A stretch of DNA of 62,142 nt, filler included, from Basidiobolus ranarum (GCA_040143965.1; 9 parts of 9 records of this genome joined end to end with filler, not necessarily neighbours in it), one strand, 5' to 3'; positions 24,561 to 37,348 are shown, counted from the whole stretch's first letter. Notes: generated from the letters alone by a model not told the origin. Made by a program: numbers and translations.

Positions 24561-27184
24561 AGTGAGGCATTCAAGGTCAATGCATAGAACTGCTTGCCAG
24601 CAGCAATGGCTGGTTAACCCATTAACTGAAGGCTCCATTTCTGAAGAAGAGACTGTAGATACAGACAAACCACAAACAAGATCAGACAAGCCAATGCATA
24701 ACCAATGCTGGTCATGGTAGAGGCACTTCATCTTGATCTAACCAAACAACCCAGTGCAGAGATTCAAGCAAAGTTCCTTCCATGGGAATATCAAGGAGAC
24801 AACAAAAATAAAAGAAGCAAATCAGGATGTACCACTTCAAACCTGGGCAACTGCTGAACACTGTTGTTAATACTTGCATTATCCTATCTTTACTGCTTAG
24901 CATATCATGCAAAGTCAATATGGATCACAGTTGAATACAGCATAAATAACTTTAATTTGATCATGACAGCTTATGTCTTTATGAAACACTGAAAGCATGA
25001 AATTGGCATATATCAAAAAAAATCATTGATGGCCTATTGATACCAACAATTCCAATACTATCAAACAAAAAATATCTGTCAATAAAAAGCTTGTGCAGCC
25101 ATGTTGGCTTGATATGACTCAATCCATTCACATTCTCACCCATTTGGAAGCTTACATCATTGAATGACTAATTTGCTGTTCCAAAAATGATGATTCAAGC
25201 AGTCCTGATCATAGCTAGCATACTGCAGATTGAGCCATCATCAAGTGGTATGATTTGTTGCCAGTGTGCTGAAACTACTGTTGTTTCATAATACAGGAGC
25301 CATTGGGCTCAATTAAAGATCAGAATATTCTGTGAGGGAGAGACAAATGACTGGCCTATAAGCATGTGAATGTCTCAGTTAAACATTTGATATTGTAAGT
25401 TACAGTATATATTGTTTATTGTTATATATTCAATACTTGGTAAGCTACAAACAAGTGCATGAACTTGCTTTGTCAGTTACCCAAAATATTAATTTGGCAA
25501 TACTAAGTGGGGCAACTTGGAATGAGCTGGCACAATATCTCCAAAAAAATTGTTATGTCTCATTTTGATAGGTTACTGCCATACTGTTCCTTATTGTGTC
25601 CAATCAAATGTTACAGGACCTAGCCATGGTACTTGACAGATTGCACCAGATGGTGTGATAGCAGGCTGGATCAAGCAGCTCAATTTGACCTGGTCCAATG
25701 GAACAAGTCTTTAGTCTATGGATTTTATTCAATGTTATCAGTATGTTAGTAATATCCCTAGATCAGCAATATCAATATCATGAGTTGCATTTATCTAGTT
25801 ACCAATCAGTATTAATAAGCAGTCCTGTAATATTCTAGTAGTTAGTCACAGTAGGTCACATGATAATCTTACTTTCAGAGTTCATTCAAGGTTATATAAT
25901 CATATCCCTACCCTTCCATTATGTCCCCTGCTAATATGGATTAAGCCATAACAACATATATTGGCTGATTAATGATCCACCCACAATGTCTTTACTCAGT
26001 ACTGTGCTGCCCCTTTATGATGGAGCTAGATCCTTTCAAAGTATTTATATTAATAATCAGAAGATGACAATTACTCATCTTGACTAAGTCAACATAGTAA
26101 TATTCAGAGCTGACAGACCTGCCAGAACTTTTCCTCAACACATCCATGTGGTGGCTCCATGTAGATCTCTTTGTTGGAATTCACACTCTTGAAGGCTGCT
26201 TCTTCAACCATTCAATTAAAATCAAGGACATGGTTGGCTGAGGCTACCAAGAATCATCAAATGAAACAAAAATTTCATTTAAGTTGACTCCTAATCTCTG
26301 GAATAACATTTAGCAGCTGATCTTCCTTTGTGTCTGTCTATACCACAATAGACTATTTTTCTCACAATGTGGAGAAATAAGCAACCTATTGACTCTCTTT
26401 CTGCAGGTTGAGGACTTAAAGTATGCATTTTGTGGACCTGGGTGAAGCCAACTTATCTAAAATCACTTTTTCCAAAGATTGATTCAAGATACTGGTCAGC
26501 TTGAACTAGAGTGTGCAACCTATCACAGATCCTGCAAATGTACAATAATAGTAATTAGAAGCATTCCACCAGATCCCTAGCTGATTACTCCTTCTGGATG
26601 ATCTATCAGTATCTCAACCTTTCTCTGATATAATTAGGGCTAGCATATAGGTTTCAAAGAGCTTGCATACAGTTATGTGTTCTTCAGATAATTTCTGAGT
26701 TATTTTACTTCTATAATCTGGATCAAGAGATGTAATTTGAGGAGAAATTATTCCTCTTGAACAAAAACTACCACTCTGCACTTGTTTGCCTACTGATTTC
26801 CAGTTTCAAACTGATAAAAGTATATATGGGACTTGGAAATGTTTTGACTAAGATTTGCAGATATGAATATAACACTTCAATTTTTTTAAATTGAATACGT
26901 CCTGATAGTAGTTTGCTATAAAATGAAACTTTTGAATATGCATAAAATATAGCAAACACATATTTAAACCAAGGGTTAAATTTCAGGTGATTTGCCAAAG
27001 ATTTGAGTAACTGGTGAAAATTTATCAATGTGACCTGACAGATATTACTATCACTTAGGACAATATACACACATTTCTGAATAGCAGAATAGAGTGTCAA
27101 GTACTGATAATATGAGTAAACTAACTGCCAAAAAATGAGGTGCTATTTATATAATTTCAACTTTTGTCCTCAAATAATTATTTT

Positions 27185-27365
27185 AGACTTAATTCATTGG
27201 ACCAGGTCAGATTGTGCCAAATCTACCCTGTCAAATGTATAATAAACACATTCACATGGTTTTAGGCCAATCATTGTCTCTCACTGATACAACATCCTGA
27301 TCTTCCATATAGGCCAATGACTCCTGCATTATGAAAAACGTGTAGTTTTGGCACACTGGTGGCCA
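27185..27365 (+). mobile_element. Internally deleted Harbinger terminal fragment
   Basis: agacttaattcattggaccaggtcag... is the reverse complement of the terminus at 25250-25710. Confidence 0.7.
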
Positions 27366-27702
27366 ATTACAGCACTCAATGATGGACTGATCTGCAGTAC
27401 AATAGCAATGATCAGCATCACTTGATTTATCATTTTGGATCAGAAATTGTTGGAGGATCTTGACATAATGGGGGGAGACTTTGAGTATTAAAAGCAACTT
27501 ATGATAGTGTGTTTTAGTTAGTTTATTCTTAAGAGTATATGGTGACTTATATAGTAGAAAAGTAAATCAATTGTTTGAGATATTCAGGAGTTTGTGTAAT
27601 AANNNNNNNNNNNNNNNNNNNNNNNNNNNNNNNNNNNNNNNNNNNNTTAATTAATTAANNNNNNNNNNNNNNNNNNNNNNNNNNNNNNNNNNNNNNNNNN
27701 NN

Positions 27703-27894
27703 ATGCATGCCAAATTTAAGGATCAATATTTTAACATGTATGAATACCATTAAGATACCATCAAGAAACCGCCATCACACCATCAAAATCCTTGGCAGAA
27801 TGCAAGCCAACAATATTGTTACTGTTCTCTGATGGTTTTGCTATTTTGGAGGGTAGATCCAATCCTGATCAAATCAATTTTATTTTTGTTAGGG
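27703..27894 (+). mobile_element. CMC/EnSpm element 3' terminal region
   Basis: Reverse complement of 37555-37742; ends ...tttttgttaggg. Confidence 0.65.
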
Positions 27895-28149
27895 TTTCTA
27901 CATAACAAGTATGTCTTATTACCCCCACTTATCTATTATATCTTATTACACAAACTCCTGAATATCTCAAACAATTGATTTACTTTTCTACTATATAAGT
28001 CCTCATATACTCTTAAGAATAAACTAACTAAAACACACTGACATAAATTGCTTCAAATACTCAAAGACTACCCCCATTATGACAAGATCCTCCAACAGAT
28101 TTAATGAGTTGAAAGTTCATATTAATAGCTTTGTCAAGAAGTAAACAAC

Positions 28150-28449
28150 AGTGGCTGGGAGAAATGGAGCAATTGGTGGTTTTTACATGTTGATTTATTA
28201 GGTATTCAATTAACATTTATAGTTTTGTCAAGATGTTAGCACACTAACTTATAGAATGTGTTGAAAAAGGTCCCAGAAACATGTGTGCAATGTTTGAGAC
28301 TTCTAGCATAAGTTTCAAGATCTTAGATATCTGAGAACTTTTAAGTGAATTCCTCTTGATAATAGTGGGAGAAATCTTGGTGAAATATAAAAAACTAAGT
28401 ACTAAGCTATACATGACTATGTAGATGCTTAGGCAATGGTATTTCAACA
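28150..28449 (-). mobile_element. Copia LTR family B, degenerate
   Basis: Aligns with 28574-28921; ends taggcaatggtatttcaaca. Left boundary approximate. Confidence 0.75.
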
Positions 28450-28573
28450 TTCTTAACAATCTAGAATGACACTTTAGTTGTTATTTTGCATCTTGTCCAA
28501 TATTGTTAATAGTACATATTTTCAGTCAAAAAATACATGCAAGTCACAGATCTTTTCCAGTTATACTAAACAT

Positions 28574-28921
28574 TGGCAGAGTATTTGAGAGCCTGTTGGA
28601 AGTGGTTTGGAGAATTAGAGAAATGGGTGGTTTTCATTAATTGATTTATTGAGTTAAAAGTTGACATTTATAGAGTTGTCAAGCTATAAACCAACTAGCA
28701 TGTAGAATGTGTTAAGAAAGGTCCCAGGAACCTGTGTGCAAGGTTTGGGGCATATAGCACAAGTTTGAGAAGTCTATATATCTGAGAACTTTTAAGTTGG
28801 TAAAAATATTCTACATATATTCCTCATGAGAATAATGGGTAATATCTTGGTTCAATATAAGATAACTAAATACTAAGCTATATATGACCATATAGGCATT
28901 TAGGCAATACTAATTTCAACA
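28574..28921 (-). mobile_element. Solo copia LTR family B
   Basis: TG...CA ends with flanks aacat/aacac (4/5-matching TSD); homologous to 24054-24399 and 37004-37348. Confidence 0.88.
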
Positions 28922-29697
28922 AACACTTTCTTAAATCTCAAACACTATCAATGTGGATGACTCTGTCACTTGGAATTTGATATTGCTAATTCTTGGAGAA
29001 CTCACACATATGCAAGTAACATTTTCCTATTGATAGTAAAGTGACTTTTACTAAATATTGCCAACTAACTTGGGCATGACAAAAGGAATAGATAGGTGTA
29101 TAATAATAGATATAAGAAATATGATAATGACAACAAAGTTCAACACTCCAATCAAGCCAATTATTCATATTCCATCAAAGATGTTAAGTCCTAGTGCTTC
29201 AAATTTAACTATCAACAAAGATTGTATTAGAATATTAGCAAGCATACTCTTGGTAGGATAGCCCTCTAACTGAGCCCATATATTGAAGTTTTGGATCTTT
29301 AGCTAAAGATATACAACTGTAAATATTATTAAATTGTATATTTATGGAATCTACCACCAAAGTATTGGATTCTTTCACCCTTTTATGTTATGACTCTCCA
29401 CAAGTATAATATTCTCCATCGATAGATATAAGGCTAAACAGGCACAATGTAAGAAAATCTGGATGCATATTTGTGATATTCTATAATGATGGAATGCAGG
29501 ATTAGGAATGGTTACCCTCACTAATCCCCAGAAAAGTGATGGATTGCTTCTCTGCTGAGAAGTGTTGATGTTTGAATTATAGAAACTTGTATGACAAAAT
29601 GTAATGAGAAAGTAGTGCATGAGCAAAACTTAACACAATTCATCTCACTAGATTATTGATTAGAGCGGGTGTAAAGCTACAACTACCAAGGAAAGAA

Positions 29698-30941
29698 CTA
29701 CGCGATGATTGACACTGTCGAGAGGGTAAGTTGCTGAAGACGGGGTATTTCTGCATCATCTTGTTCAGTCATTTGAAGGATTGAATGATGTAGGCTAGGG
29801 TCATGGCTTGATATGAGACGTGATGAGTAGGGTCGGTCACATTCAAGAGAATCTAGGTGTGGGTAATATTGAAGATAAGAAAAATACGCGCTGGTAATCC
29901 CTGAACGCTTTTTATGAGTACGCTTATTCAATGGGAAGATCTACATCTTTGAGAATCAAAGCATGTACCTATTAAGCTACCAACTAGAACATCTTCCCAA
30001 TGATGTCGATAATTACAAATACGTGATACACCAACCAAAGTGGCCCCAATCAAGGGTGCAGAACAAACGAAACTCTTATAGATATGTCCATGGCGATCGA
30101 AGAGATGTAATTTACCAGCAAGATAAAAAGTCAGAAAGGCCAATCCCGCGAATGACACTGTGAGCACAAGGCATTAATACTACCAAAAGAAATTGAACCT
30201 CCGTGAGTTACTTACATGACGTATGGCCACTGGGAAAACTCTTCATTCCATCTAACAACAACTTGTTATTGGCTTGTGTACATGCATTTACTCCTATCAA
30301 TCCGACCAGTGCGACCTCATTGTCAGGTTGACATCGATCAAGGAAGTCGGGACGAAGCCGGCCTACTGTTGTCTACAGGGGTCAGGCGAAGTGAAGCATT
30401 TAGAGGCAATCTCTCCGGAAATAAACGAAAAAACGAACCTTCAAAATGTGGGTTATCATCAGAGTTAGCGACATAGAGAAACTTAAGCCTAATCGTTAAG
30501 AACACGTAAATTTCTGCTTATTCAAGTGGATTACAAAAGCACATACCTAACCAGGCGCAGTGACAGTCATAAGAGCTTCTGCGAATACCCAATGATATTG
30601 CGGACATAACAAGCAGTGGGACCAGGAAAGAGAGCACCTACAATAAAGAGATCAAGACACGTTAAGATATGCTTGCCAAGTGAAAGGAGATGTAGGTAAT
30701 AATCACCACATACAAACAACTGCCAGGTAGGTATAGTCCCATGAACAGTGTGAGGGAAACTGATACTCTTGTCTTGTAGGGAGAATTCGCTGCGGAATGG
30801 TTGTAAGCTGTCAAATAACCAGAAGCCTAAAGAAAATAGCCCCACTAGGATCCAATCTACACCGTAAGATAATACCAAGCTACGTAGATGAGGTAGTGGA
30901 CGCAAAGAAGTTCGGAAAAAGAGGCAGCTGCAAGAAACCAT
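29698..30941 (-). CDS. PAP2-family lipid phosphate / diacylglycerol pyrophosphate phosphatase (DPP1/LPP1-like), multi-exon
   Basis: SYGVDW...PFRSEFSLQDKSISFP. Catalytic motifs K|TTVGRLRPDFLDRC (KX6RP), KSFPSGHTS and SRICNYRHHWED (SRX5HX3D). GT-AG introns. Confidence 0.92.
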
Positions 30942-32053
30942 ATATTCCTAGAATGTTATCCAGAGAGGAAGTTAATCTAGGCTCTAATGCGACAATAGCT
31001 CAGCAACTCATCCCTTACCAAATAAATCCCCTATAACTCATTCGGAATCCTGATACAGAATTGAAGAATGCTATTAAAATCAAAGCAGAGCTGAAGTGTA
31101 CTACTTAATGTCCTATAAAAATGCTATTTTGGAACCGTGTTTGCACGATACACATGGTAAGTTCTCCTCAAGTCATCCCTGATTAAACTGGGTAGTTTCT
31201 CATCGTGAAAGCCAACCATCAGCTATATATCGATAGAGGAGACACAAACAAACCTATATGTATGCATAGGATCATACCAATGTGACCTTACAATGTATAC
31301 ATCATATAGCATAAAAACCTAGTAACCGAACGATCGCCCCTACTATTTGTGCAATTTAGACAGCAAAGAGCTGCATCGCTATTGAGTCCCTCCCCAATAG
31401 ATTCCAGTGGGCGTTCAACTTTAAAGCGAAGATCGGATGCTACTTGTTGACGAGTAAGTATCAACTCGCCTAACTAACTCTAATGGGATCTTGGTTTACT
31501 TTACCCTCCCTCAATATTCAGTACCAGACCTGAAGCTAACTCAGCTGGAGAGGCTCACTCACTCCGAAGAGTAATCAACAATAACTTTCTACCAATATAG
31601 AGCCTCAGAAATGTATAAAGGTAGAGTTAGAACGCGAGTTGAATGTTCACTTCAGAGCGATGCTATACTGGAGAGTCAACCTGCACATCATCCGGACATG
31701 GTATAGAGCAGTGCGGCCACTGTCATCGCACAATGCATCTCATAGAAATGATATCTAATAAAAAAAGGGCGTCTACATACCTTATGTTATATCTAACCTC
31801 TTCTCAAGATGGTTAAAGGCAGTTTTTTGCATGAAAACTTTACAAAAACCTTGCATCTATTAAACTCCGAATTTACATTTTTGCATGGATTCAGTTTCTC
31901 CTCATCGTAATAGATCACACTGTTTGGAAAGCGATTTGCACTTCATGTGGCCAATTAACTATATATATCTCCTCCTCTGAACTAGTCCCCAGAGTTCTAA
32001 ATTAATTTCTGATTACCTAGACGAAAATTAGAGACAACAGAATCAGTAAAAGC

Positions 32054-32536
32054 ATGAAATTCTTGGCGATTTTAGTGATTTTAATCATACAGATGGTCGT
32101 TCTTACCTGTTCTCTTTCCAGCTCTCAAGGACAAGCAATCAGCAATACAGGAAGTTCAACCAACGTCCCCACTACAACAACACAAATTCACAGTAACGAG
32201 AGTAAGAATGAAAACCTGGATGACGTTGGAGACGAGGATGAAGATGAGGATGAATCCCTAGCTGAGTCGAAGACTCCTACCAAGACTCGAAAACTCCTTG
32301 CTAGTACTGCTGATGCCTCCCCAAGGTTGATTCCTAGCTCCAAAATGCCAGACTGGTTAGATTTCTTTCCCACATCCACCCCAATATCCGCCTATTTCCC
32401 CGAAGGAGCCGAGGCGGAGGTAGCATTATCGGCACAAACGGCATTTCCTGATCACCGAAATTCAGCTGCCCCTTCGTTACCACATATACTTTCTTTTTCG
32501 CTGGGCCTAGTGCTGTTGGTGATAAACGTTAAATAG
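32054..32536 (+). CDS. Small secreted, probably GPI-anchored, low-complexity protein
   Basis: 160-aa intronless ORF with a hydrophobic N-terminal signal, S/T-rich and acidic stretches, and C-terminal NSAAPSLPHILSFSLGLVLLVI typical of a GPI signal. TATA-like run at about 31960. Confidence 0.75.
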   Translation: MKFLAILVILIIQMVVLTCSLSSSQGQAISNTGSSTNVPTTTTQIHSNESKNENLDDVGDEDEDEDESLAESKTPTKTRKLLASTADASPRLIPSSKMPDWLDFFPTSTPISAYFPEGAEAEVALSAQTAFPDHRNSAAPSLPHILSFSLGLVLLVINVK

Positions 32537-33130
32537 AAGAATAGATATTATTACGACCCTACGATGGGTGACATTCTAGAGAAAGTGTAAAATAATCCAG
32601 CGTTTATCCATATTACTCTCTTATACTTCCGAAGCATAATTAATACCGTTCATATTCTTCCGGTCTCTCTTTTAGATCCAAGTGTTATTTATCCTTTAGC
32701 AGGAAATGGGCCTTCTATGCCCCATCCACCAAAAATTTTATATATCAAAAATGTAAGACCACTTACAACAAATACAATAAACTACACCTGAATTGAACAC
32801 CTAGGGCTTCGTACTGAAGACGCATACTCAGTACTTCTAGAAGTGTGCTAAAAAGGAGATTCTTAATATGGATTCAGTTAACCTTTTCTTTCTTAATTTA
32901 TGTCGATTCAAATGGTTTATTTATATTCATTTTGACACTCTTTCATGAACTATCTGGTGATACGATTTATCCAATCAAGCCTTTACAAAAACTAGCAACT
33001 CGCTTTGATTAGAGTTGAGGCTGAAATGAAATAGAAAGTGAACTTTTTACATTGATGATTTTTCTCTCAGAAAGAGGATGAACGTTGAACTGAAAGAGGT
33101 ATACATGACAATTTGACCAATATTCTTATA

Positions 33131-33613
33131 TCAAACAGAATGTTCATATGTGGGTGGGACTGGCATTATCGCCACTCCCGACTCTAAGGAAACGTTTCTT
33201 TCATTTCTTTCAGAGGCACTATATTCCGGTGGTTGCTCCACAGTCGAGTACACAGGTAAAGGTAGATCTAATTCCAGGGTTTCTGTAGAGTGTTCGAATT
33301 CTGTAGCGGCAGATTCCGGTCCGGTCGAGTCAATAATAAACGATTGGATGAACGCAGCGTTATTTGTGTCGTGATCGACCCAGAAAGGGAGAATCACCAC
33401 CGTATTACTACTCAAGGACTGTCGAGTGTCAAGCGCCCCCAGTATATTCTGTGATATCACTATTTCTCCAGAACAGTTGGTGGAATCGGAAGGAACTTTA
33501 CGAGATGAATTCTTGTAATATCGGTGAATGAACGAAGCTAAAGCCATCATCCCTGTGACAATAGCCGCACCCACTATTACATATACAAATATGAAAATAT
33601 TTGGTTTAGACAT
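33131..33613 (-). CDS. Single-pass membrane protein with PY motifs
   Basis: MSKPN, then a TM helix (IFIFVYVIVGAAIVTGMMALASFI), a basic stop-transfer segment, and a tail with LPVY, PPEY and PPTY. Confidence 0.7.
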   Translation of the reverse strand: MSKPNIFIFVYVIVGAAIVTGMMALASFIHRYYKNSSRKVPSDSTNCSGEIVISQNILGALDTRQSLSSNTVVILPFWVDHDTNNAAFIQSFIIDSTGPESAATEFEHSTETLELDLPLPVYSTVEQPPEYSASERNERNVSLESGVAIMPVPPTYEHSV

Positions 33614-34616
33614 AGCCAAGTTCCTTGGAATGTAGTGAGGAAAGAAATAGTAGATATAAGGCTGTTATTTCCCTGAATATTCAATATTAATACTCTGGTT
33701 GAAAGGGCACACAAAGAAAGATAAAATTTGAAGAGTCAAGAGTTTTGTTTCCATCCAACTTGCATAAGCGGTTACTACGTGGTAACCGAAAAGCACAGTG
33801 TATATGAAGATTGGTACTGCCAGAACTGGAAATTTGGAGCTCACAAAAACGTCAAATATGTGACTACATTGGAATATTCTATATGTACATGGATCACCGT
33901 GCCGTTTGAGTCCCGATCCAAAAACACAATTGCGTTCCGCAGAACGAATCATGGCTCTGATTTGTTCTTCACTGTTCTTCATTCGTGAGTAGACGGCGAA
34001 CATATTTTTGGAAGCGAATGGCAAGTGACGAAATGTCTCGTAGATGTAGATTCGTTTGTTTGCCATCGATTTCACAAACCACGTGCTTAATTGATCTTAC
34101 TGATCGGGAATGCATACGCCATCTGGGAAATGGCGTACCAAGGTTTATTTTAGGAATTACACGGATTGGTAATGAGTGGGTAACAGTACAGGGCTTCCGG
34201 GGACAATGAGGATTATGAGGGTTATGAGGAATAGAAAGTTGCCCATCGCCATGGAACCTATCTGGGGATCTATTTAGCATAATTGAAGACATTTCCTTTC
34301 TGGATTTTCTGAGTTCCAGCGATGCCATTCATGGCATGAATCACCGATACCGGGAGAGAATAAGGACTTGTCAGTACAGCTTTAGACTTCCCCGGGGTTA
34401 TTAAGACCCCCGCCCCTATCATGTGCTTTTCAGGCTACTTGCTTCGACTGACACCAAACCATGAATATTTCCAAGCATCAAAGGCTATGATCAGCAAGAA
34501 AGCCACTCCAATCCCANNNNNNNNNNNNNNNNNNNNNNNNNNNNNNNNNNNNNNNNNNNNTTAATTAATTAANNNNNNNNNNNNNNNNNNNNNNNNNNNN
34601 NNNNNNNNNNNNNNNN

Positions 34617-36063
34617 AAGCAACTGATTGGCCTTAGACTTTGTGTTCAGATGCAGTCACCATACTCCATATTTTCCTCTTTAGGAATTACTGCTTGTACC
34701 ACAAGTCACCAGACTTTCAACAATATAGGGCTTCCAATAGAGTAGAATTCTATAGCAATCTTGTTGGGCATCTGTTTTAGATATAGACTGCAGTGGAGAC
34801 AGATTCAGCCCAATATTTGTGATCTAACTTTTGATTATGCGACTGATAAAAGTGTATAGGGGATTTGGAGGTGTTTAGAACAAGATTTGGATATGTGAAT
34901 TAGACACTTAGGTTTCTATAAATTGAATATGTCCTATTTATAGTTTACTATGAAATAGGACTATTGGACATGCTTAGATGATGACAAACATGCCTGTTAA
35001 GTGTGGGTGAAAATTTGAGGTGATTTGCAGAAGTTTTGTGAAAATAATGAAAATTGGTAAAAGTGATCTAATTGATATTTCTATCAATTAGAGCAATAAA
35101 CACATTTTTGAATAACAGAATTGAGTGCTAAATAATCAGAATATGAATAAACTAAATACTAAATAATGAGTTGCTATTTACCTAATTTCAACAATTGATT
35201 CTAGGGCAATTATGAGGTTCCCAAACATTTCTGACAGGTTTCTAAGTGGTGTTCTGACTATATCATCTTCATTCAGAGGTATTCCACTGGATAAGGGCTG
35301 CTCTGCCATAGTTTTGATACAATTCATATACTTAGCCATAGAACCACTGGAAGCAATCTGAGCTGGGAATGATTCATGTACAAAATATAGGCAATTAGCA
35401 AAACATTTGTTCTCTTAGAGTCCCTCTGGTGTATTTCAAGCATTTTTGATCTTTTTGGCTGAGAATATGTCCTCAATAAATAATCTCTCAGTTGTAGAGA
35501 AACTGCAGAGTGCACTTTCCTCTGCTTCTTGGCAAAGGCAAGGATAGCTTCTGGTGATCCCTTTGGCTTTAAATGTACTCCTGTAATAAATCCCCAAAGG
35601 GCCTTGTCTGCTAGCACCATCTGCATTTTGAACTTCCAAAGGTGCAAGTCTTCAAAATCAAACTTCTTTGTGGATGCAGAAACATTGGAAAAGTACAGGT
35701 AAACACTCCTTTGACAGCTAGCTTGGAATTCATAACCTGATAAAAGTGTTCAGAGAATTTGGAAGTGTAGTGGACAAGATTTGGTCTTGTGATAATAATA
35801 TGTCCTATATATAGTTTACTTTGAAATTAGACCATTGGATAAGCTTAGATTATAACAAACTAGCCTGTAAAGCATGAGTAAAAATGGGAGGTAATGTGTA
35901 GTACATTTTTCAAAGTAGTTAAAATTGTTAAAAGTGATCCAACTGTGATATTTATCAATTATAGCAAGAAACACACATTGAATAGCAGAATTGAGTGCTA
36001 AATAATTGGAGTATGAATAAACTAACAAACAAGTAATGAGCTGCTATTTATCTAATTTTAGCA
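34617..36063 (-). mobile_element. Rearranged copia family A fragments: 5' LTR (35738-36063), PBS, gag remnant, second LTR (34844-35193), integrase remnant
   Basis: Both LTRs have TG...CA ends. PBS GGTTATGAA directly follows the 5' LTR. Gag FDFEDLHLWKFKMQMVL. 34740-34843 aligns with the integrase region at 51060-51160. Confidence 0.85.
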
Positions 36064-37348
36064 AGTTTGAAATAAAGACCTAAAAATACATATTTTTACT
36101 TATTGGATCAATTTTAGACCAATATTTGGTCATAATCTTGACATAAAACATGCAAGTTGTAAAACTCCCAATCTTTAGACATACAGCTAGAGCAATAAAT
36201 TCAACCCAAAATTATGAGAAAATTTTTGAGCACTTATCATATTTATTGCCACTTCTATCATATTCCTGTTAACCCTTTCAGCCACTACATTTTGTTGAGA
36301 TGAACAGGGGGCTGTAAATTCTTGCTTAGTTCCATAAACTATGCAAAAGTGATTAAATAGTGTTGAAGTGCACTCTTCACCATTATCAAAATATATTTTC
36401 TTGAGTTTAGCTCCTGTATCAGTCTCTACAAGTATTACAAAATTTCTTAAGATAGAGACGGCTTCTTTTTTTTGTTCCATAAAGTAGACCAAAGTGTGAC
36501 TTTTACAATCAAAGTTTAGTTGAGGGATTAATTTAAATACCAGAAATTAGGCAATATTGATTTTTTGATCATTTTGGTCAGGTATTCAAATCTAATACGG
36601 CCAAATCTGTAATGCCATAGTTGAGTAGTTTCTTGATTGGAATATATTTTATTTACACTTAAATCCCTAGGATGATAAGAAGACTTGAATAAGATGTGAT
36701 ACTTTTCTCCTGAAGCAAAATAATTCCCACTCTGATCAGTGATGATGCATCCTGACTTATCAAATTTCAATATTAGCCCTTCTGAGATCGCCTTGCATGC
36801 AGATATTAAAATCATGGCACTATCTGGGCTTTGCATTGTATTTGTCTCCTATAACAATGTCCCAATGTCCTTCTCTGGCAGCAGCATTTTCACATTAAAT
36901 TTCAAAGCTTGTTAGTTGGTTTCATCCCATATTTAAGAAAAAGTAAAAGTTCCAGAAATTGCAATTATTGATTACAGAGAGTGCTAGCCCAGGGCTCATA
37001 ACTTGTTAAGGTATTTGGGAGCCTGTTGGAAGTTGTTTGGGCAATTAGAAAAATAGGTGTTGTTCACTTATTGATATATTGGGAAGAAAGTATACATTTA
37101 TGGTTCAGTCAATATATAAGCAAATTAATGTGTAGCATTTAAGAATAAAGGTCCCAAGATCATGAGTGCAAAGTTTGGGGCTTCTAGCACAAGTTTGAAA
37201 AATCTTTACAACTGAGAACTTGAAAGTTGGTAAAAAAAACTAAATAAATTTATATTGATGATAATGGTGATTACCTTAGTGAAATATAAGATAACTAAGG
37301 ACTAAGAAATATGACTATATAGGTGTTTAGGCAATGCCTATTTCAATA
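36064..37348 (-). mobile_element. Copia family B 5' portion: LTR 37004-37348, PBS 36990-37003, GAG-pre-integrase and integrase remnants
   Basis: LWHYRFGR (pre-integrase); KLKKIYFDNGEE...FTAPCSSQQNVVAERVNR (rve integrase). Confidence 0.85.

Larger units (their letters stand above)
21327..25710. mobile_element. Degenerate full-length PIF/Harbinger DNA transposon with TTA target-site duplication
   Basis: TTA|AGACTTGT at the left end and ACAAGTCT|TTA at the right end. Contains a DDE_Tnp_4-like transposase remnant on the minus strand and a divergent second ORF remnant on the plus strand. Confidence 0.8.

Noticed and set aside
25900-27150. DIRS or other retroelement coding remnant
   Set aside because: CpG-depleted and probably TE-derived, but no motif was clear enough to assign.
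27447-28097. Roughly 155-bp inverted repeat (27447-27602 vs 27943-28097) as a hairpin or TIR pair
   Set aside because: The arms lie on different contigs either side of a linker, so they are two copies of an interspersed repeat.
28930-29640. LINE reverse-transcriptase remnant
   Set aside because: Only vague resemblance; no convincing QG.PLS or YADD motif.
33665-34328. Overlapping ORFs of 74-136 aa as genes
   Set aside because: No recognisable domains, and the overlapping frames conflict. Likely the upstream region of the 33613 gene.
36985-37010. tRNA-Met gene
   Set aside because: Only the 13-nt anticodon arm is present, next to an LTR. It is a primer-binding site with no cloverleaf.
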